A DNA stretch of 64,000 bases from Gemmatimonadota bacterium. Its GTDB lineage: Bacteria; Gemmatimonadota; Gemmatimonadetes; Gemmatimonadales; Gemmatimonadaceae. The notes beneath the pieces are model-generated. The model saw nothing but the letters and a program-made list of their open reading frames with translations, did no database searches and was not told where the DNA came from. Below are positions 61,041-64,000 of the stretch, in pieces. Positions within the stretch are counted from its first letter, which is position 1. Every line of letters begins with the position of its first letter. Where the stretch lies: contig JANMLN010000054.1 in the NCBI GenBank assembly GCA_031372565.1, positions 32,001-96,000 on the forward strand, read 5' to 3'. Position numbers and translations under genes: made by a program.

Positions 61041-62159
61041 ATGGCCCGCCTTCGCACCACCAAGCATCAGCAGGTCTACAGTGCGCTGCTGCGCGAGATC
61101 CAGCAGGGACGCTGGAAGGAGGGCGAGCGGCTGCCCAGCGAGGCGCAGCTCGTCGAGCGGTTCGGGCACTCCCGCATCACGGTCGGTCGCGCGCTCCGCG
61201 ACTTGCAGACCGCCGGCATCATCAGTCGACGTGCCGGGTCGGGCACCTTCGTCAGCCGAGCGCGCGACGATGCCGGGTACTCGTTCGGTTTGCTCATTCC
61301 CGATCTCGGCGAGACCGACATCTTCGAGCCGCTCTGCCGCGGCATGATGGCATCGCCGCTCGCGCGCGAGCATGCGCTCGTGTGGGGCAGTGCGTCGCGC
61401 GATGACACCCCGGGCACGGCGGAGCGGCGCGGCGAACGCGCGTGGCAGCTGTGCCGCCAATACGTGGAGCGACAGGTCGACGGCGTCTTCTTCGCGCCCG
61501 TGGAGGTGACCCCAGCGCCTGGCGACTTCAATCATCGCATCGTGGACGCCCTCGACGCGGCGCGGATCCCGGTCGTGCTGCTCGACCGCACGGTCACGCC
61601 GTATCCCGATCCTGGCCGACACGACCTCGTGGGCATCGACAATCGCCGAGCGGGCTACGTGATGACGGAGCACCTGCTGAGCGCGGGCGCCAAACGCGTG
61701 GTCTTCGTGCGGCAGCCCAACAGCGCGCCCACGGTCGACGCGCGTGAGGCCGGCTATCGGGAGGCCATGTACGCGACGCACGGGTCCTCCGACGGCACCG
61801 TGAGCGTGCGGCTCGATCCCGACGACAGCGCGGCGGTCAAGGCGCTGCTGCGCACGCGGAAGCCCGACGCCCTGGTGTGCGCGAACGACCGCACGGCCGG
61901 ACGTCTCATGCACACGTTGCGCCGCCTGCGGGTGGCCATCCCGGGCAGCGTGCGGCTGGTGGGCATCGACGACGTCGAATACGCCGCCATGCTGCCGGTC
62001 CCGCTCACCACGTTGCGACAGCCCACCAGCGCGCTTGGCGAAGTCGCGCTCTCGGTCATGCTGGCACGCGTGGCCCAGCCGTCGCTTCCGCCGCGGGATA
62101 CGCGGTTGCGATGCGAGCTGGTGGTGCGGGACTCTTGCGGGAGTCGCGGGTCGCGGTAG
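61041..62159 (+). CDS. GntR-HTH / LacI sugar-binding domain regulator (AraR-type)
   Basis: G.RLPSE..L...F..SR.TV..AL, GSGTFV, then DN...G, CAND, VG.DD, LTT.RQ, ELVVR.S. Confidence 0.9.
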   Translation: MARLRTTKHQQVYSALLREIQQGRWKEGERLPSEAQLVERFGHSRITVGRALRDLQTAGIISRRAGSGTFVSRARDDAGYSFGLLIPDLGETDIFEPLCRGMMASPLAREHALVWGSASRDDTPGTAERRGERAWQLCRQYVERQVDGVFFAPVEVTPAPGDFNHRIVDALDAARIPVVLLDRTVTPYPDPGRHDLVGIDNRRAGYVMTEHLLSAGAKRVVFVRQPNSAPTVDAREAGYREAMYATHGSSDGTVSVRLDPDDSAAVKALLRTRKPDALVCANDRTAGRLMHTLRRLRVAIPGSVRLVGIDDVEYAAMLPVPLTTLRQPTSALGEVALSVMLARVAQPSLPPRDTRLRCELVVRDSCGSRGSR

Positions 62160-62160
62160 G

Positions 62161-62226
62161 CGTGGGGCGCGGCCGGTTGTGGGTCGGCGCCCTCGACGTC
62201 TGGTCGTGGCTCCGTGAGCGCGTGCT
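62161..62226 (+). repeat. 66-bp direct repeat, copy 1
   Basis: 55/66 identical to 62922-62987 by hand count; core 62184-62226 is 39/43. Confidence 0.85.
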
Positions 62227-62236
62227 TCGGAAAGCC

Positions 62237-62274
62237 GCCCAACGAACAAGGTTCAGCTGCAGCCGGCGTTAGCC
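62237..62274 (-). mobile_element. Collapsed attC-like site
   Basis: Minus strand GGCTAAC-GCCGGCTGCAGCTGAACCTTGTTC-GTTGGGC: inverse core containing the toxin stop, a single central GCAGCTG box, then the core. Only 38 bp. Confidence 0.55.
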
Positions 62275-62523
62275 AACCAGGCGATCGTATTCGGCATGTG
62301 AGCCGATCCAGAACCAGAGACATCCGTCCGGCACCTGCACCGCCAAGGCGCGGTAATGGAGTCCGACGCGCACCGAGCGAAACCGACCGATGGTCTTGAA
62401 TTGCAGCGACGGGTGGCGCTCATCCTGCTTGAGCAGCGCGAAGTTCTTGTCAGCGAGGGCCCGCACATTGGTGGGCAGGGCCTCGTAGCGCGCCCAGAAC
62501 TCCGCGGACGCGTGGTGGATCAA
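62269..62523 (-). CDS. ParE/RelE-like toxin
   Basis: FW..Y..LP..V...ADKNF.LLK....HPSL.FK....SVRVG..YRAL.......WFWIG.H..YD. TTG start overlaps the partner's stop. Confidence 0.85.
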   Translation of the reverse strand: MIHHASAEFWARYEALPTNVRALADKNFALLKQDERHPSLQFKTIGRFRSVRVGLHYRALAVQVPDGCLWFWIGSHAEYDRLVG

Positions 62524-62720
62524 AGGGGGCGCGAGTGTCCGGCGCGATGCTGAGCGAGGGCCGCGTCTGCGGCGGCATCAAGTGCCCCGCGGGCGACGTC
62601 GGCCTCGAGCTGCTGATCCCACGCGGCCGCGTCGTACGTGCTGAACCACGCGCGAAACGTGGCAAGTTCGCGCGGATTCAGGCGGGCCACTTCGCGTTCA
62701 ATCTTCTCGATGTCGGTCAT
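62520..62720 (-). CDS. Putative cognate antitoxin
   Basis: 66 aa acidic protein, IE..V..L...EL..FR.WF......WD.Q.E.D...G.LD..A..AL. GGAG RBS; coupled to the toxin. Confidence 0.8.
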   Translation of the reverse strand: MTDIEKIEREVARLNPRELATFRAWFSTYDAAAWDQQLEADVARGALDAAADAALAQHRAGHSRPL

Positions 62721-62921
62721 CTGCTCTCCCTGCGCGAGGACCTCTGGAAGATAGGCCATCTGCTCGTGGTTGGCTAACGCGATGTCGACGGCCTTCCACG
62801 ACTACTTGGAGTGCACGCTGCGCCGCGATCTGTTCTTGAGCAGGCCGACAGTGACATGTCGCGACCGTTGCCTCGTGACCGCTCATTCAGTTCAGCTCTG
62901 GATCGAACGACTGCCCGAGTT

Positions 62922-62987
62922 CGTTGGGCACTGCCGGCAGTTGATCGGCGCCCTCGACGTCAGGCCGTCGCTCCGTGAACGCGTGCT
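62922..62987 (+). repeat. 66-bp direct repeat, copy 2
   Basis: Begins C-GTTGGGC; offset 761 bp from copy 1. Confidence 0.85.
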
Positions 62988-62998
62988 GGTGTCGTGCG

Positions 62999-64000
62999 CT
63001 ACTGCTTGCGACAGAGCGGCTTGTTGAAGGCGTTGACCACGGCCATCACGCCCGTCGGGTCGAAGTCGGCGACCGACGGGATCATCACCTGCCAGTTGAG
63101 TTGCCCGTCGTTGTTCGCCTTGGCGAGCGCCGCTGCGGCCTTGTCGAGGGACTCGTCGTTGTCGAGCATGGCGTTGGCGCGCTGGTTGACCTGGTCGCGC
63201 GCCATCTTGACCAGCGCTCCCTTGAGCTGCTCCTTGACCACTTCCTTGGTGACCCTCTTGATGGCCGTGCGCGCGGCCGTGCGCGCAGCGGTGATTGCCG
63301 GAGCGCCCGCCCCCGCGGTCGCGACCAAGGCGGCAACATTGAGCACCAGGTCCGTGCTCGACTCGACCGACTCGAGCACCGATTGCACACACGCGGACTT
63401 GGAGACGGCGCACGACGCGCCGCAGTTCACGGGGTAGGGGGCCGCACACTGGTCCCAGCAGACGGGGCCGACCCCGTTCATGCCAGGCCTGCACTGGTCG
63501 TAGCAGAGTGCGGCGTCGCTATCCTCACCCGGCTTGCACACCATCGGCGATCCGGCGGTGCGGCCGTAGCTCTCCTTGGCGCAGAAGGCGCCATCATCGC
63601 GGAAGCCGGCGGGACAGTCGGGGGTGCAGATGTTCGACCCGAACTCGTGGAAGCCCGGACGGCACCTCGGGTAGAACATCTCGAGGTTGCGGTCACACAT
63701 GCCGGCGCCGTGGTCCTTTTCGCAACGGGCCTTGGCCGAGGCCCGCCCTTCGCCCTTGAACGGGTTGTAGGCGTAGCCGGTACCGCGCCCATAGGGCTTG
63801 GGCTTGGTGCATGAGACGCCGGCGTCCGCGAATCCGGCCGGGCAGCGCTTCCAGCACACCGGCCCCGCGCCGCCGAACCCCTCGCGACACTGCGGATAGC
63901 AAAGCGCGCCATCCTGCTCCTGGCCCGCGCCGCAGGTGCTGAGCGGGCGCCCGACGCCGCGGCCGTAGGTGCGCTTCCAGCAGATGTCGGGTTCGGGGTT
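62999..64000 (-). CDS. Cys-rich YGRGxG repeat protein (5' end outside window)
   Basis: Frame open to the window edge: ICWKRTYGRGVGRPLSTC..GALCYPQCREGFGGAGPVCW, three related units, then an Ala-rich helical domain ending DPTGV..VV.AF.KP.C. Confidence 0.85.
   Translation of the reverse strand, partial: NPEPDICWKRTYGRGVGRPLSTCGAGQEQDGALCYPQCREGFGGAGPVCWKRCPAGFADAGVSCTKPKPYGRGTGYAYNPFKGEGRASAKARCEKDHGAGMCDRNLEMFYPRCRPGFHEFGSNICTPDCPAGFRDDGAFCAKESYGRTAGSPMVCKPGEDSDAALCYDQCRPGMNGVGPVCWDQCAAPYPVNCGASCAVSKSACVQSVLESVESSTDLVLNVAALVATAGAGAPAITAARTAARTAIKRVTKEVVKEQLKGALVKMARDQVNQRANAMLDNDESLDKAAAALAKANNDGQLNWQVMIPSVADFDPTGVMAVVNAFNKPLCRKQ

Noticed and set aside
62161..62987. Direct repeats as a CRISPR array
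   Set aside because: Only two copies, 66 bp long, 761 bp apart, and no cas genes.

Overview
High-GC bacterial chromosomal window with about 40 protein-coding genes. Gemmatimonadota is inferred from the gene repertoire (Ser/Thr kinase-TM-TPR protein, VPS10/BNR glycosyl hydrolase, PEP-CTERM protein, Oar-like TonB receptor). Housekeeping and metabolic genes: a 2.8-kaa cyclic beta-1,2-glucan synthase, katG, a three-gene 2-oxoacid oxidoreductase, ppc, pgi and recQ, plus many exported hydrolases and two TonB-type receptors. No rRNA, tRNA, CRISPR array, transposase or integrase is visible. The most notable hidden structure is at 62.16-62.99 kb, where a small ParE/RelE-like toxin-antitoxin pair sits in what looks like a decayed integron-type cassette: GTTRRRY/RYYYAAC cores, nested 14-bp and 11-bp perfect inverted repeats, a collapsed attC-like site and a flanking 66-bp direct repeat. 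Next to it is a Cys-rich repeat protein resembling protist/oomycete families. Other oddities: a ~100-nt AT-rich hairpin at 59.37-59.47 kb, a Glu-for-His B3 metallo-beta-lactamase, a DUF952-cupin fusion coupled to pgi, and unannotated gene relics in intergenic gaps (transketolase 3' end, DHFR-like, TonB plug-like, PEP-CTERM-like). All family calls come from motif recognition by eye; no searches were run.
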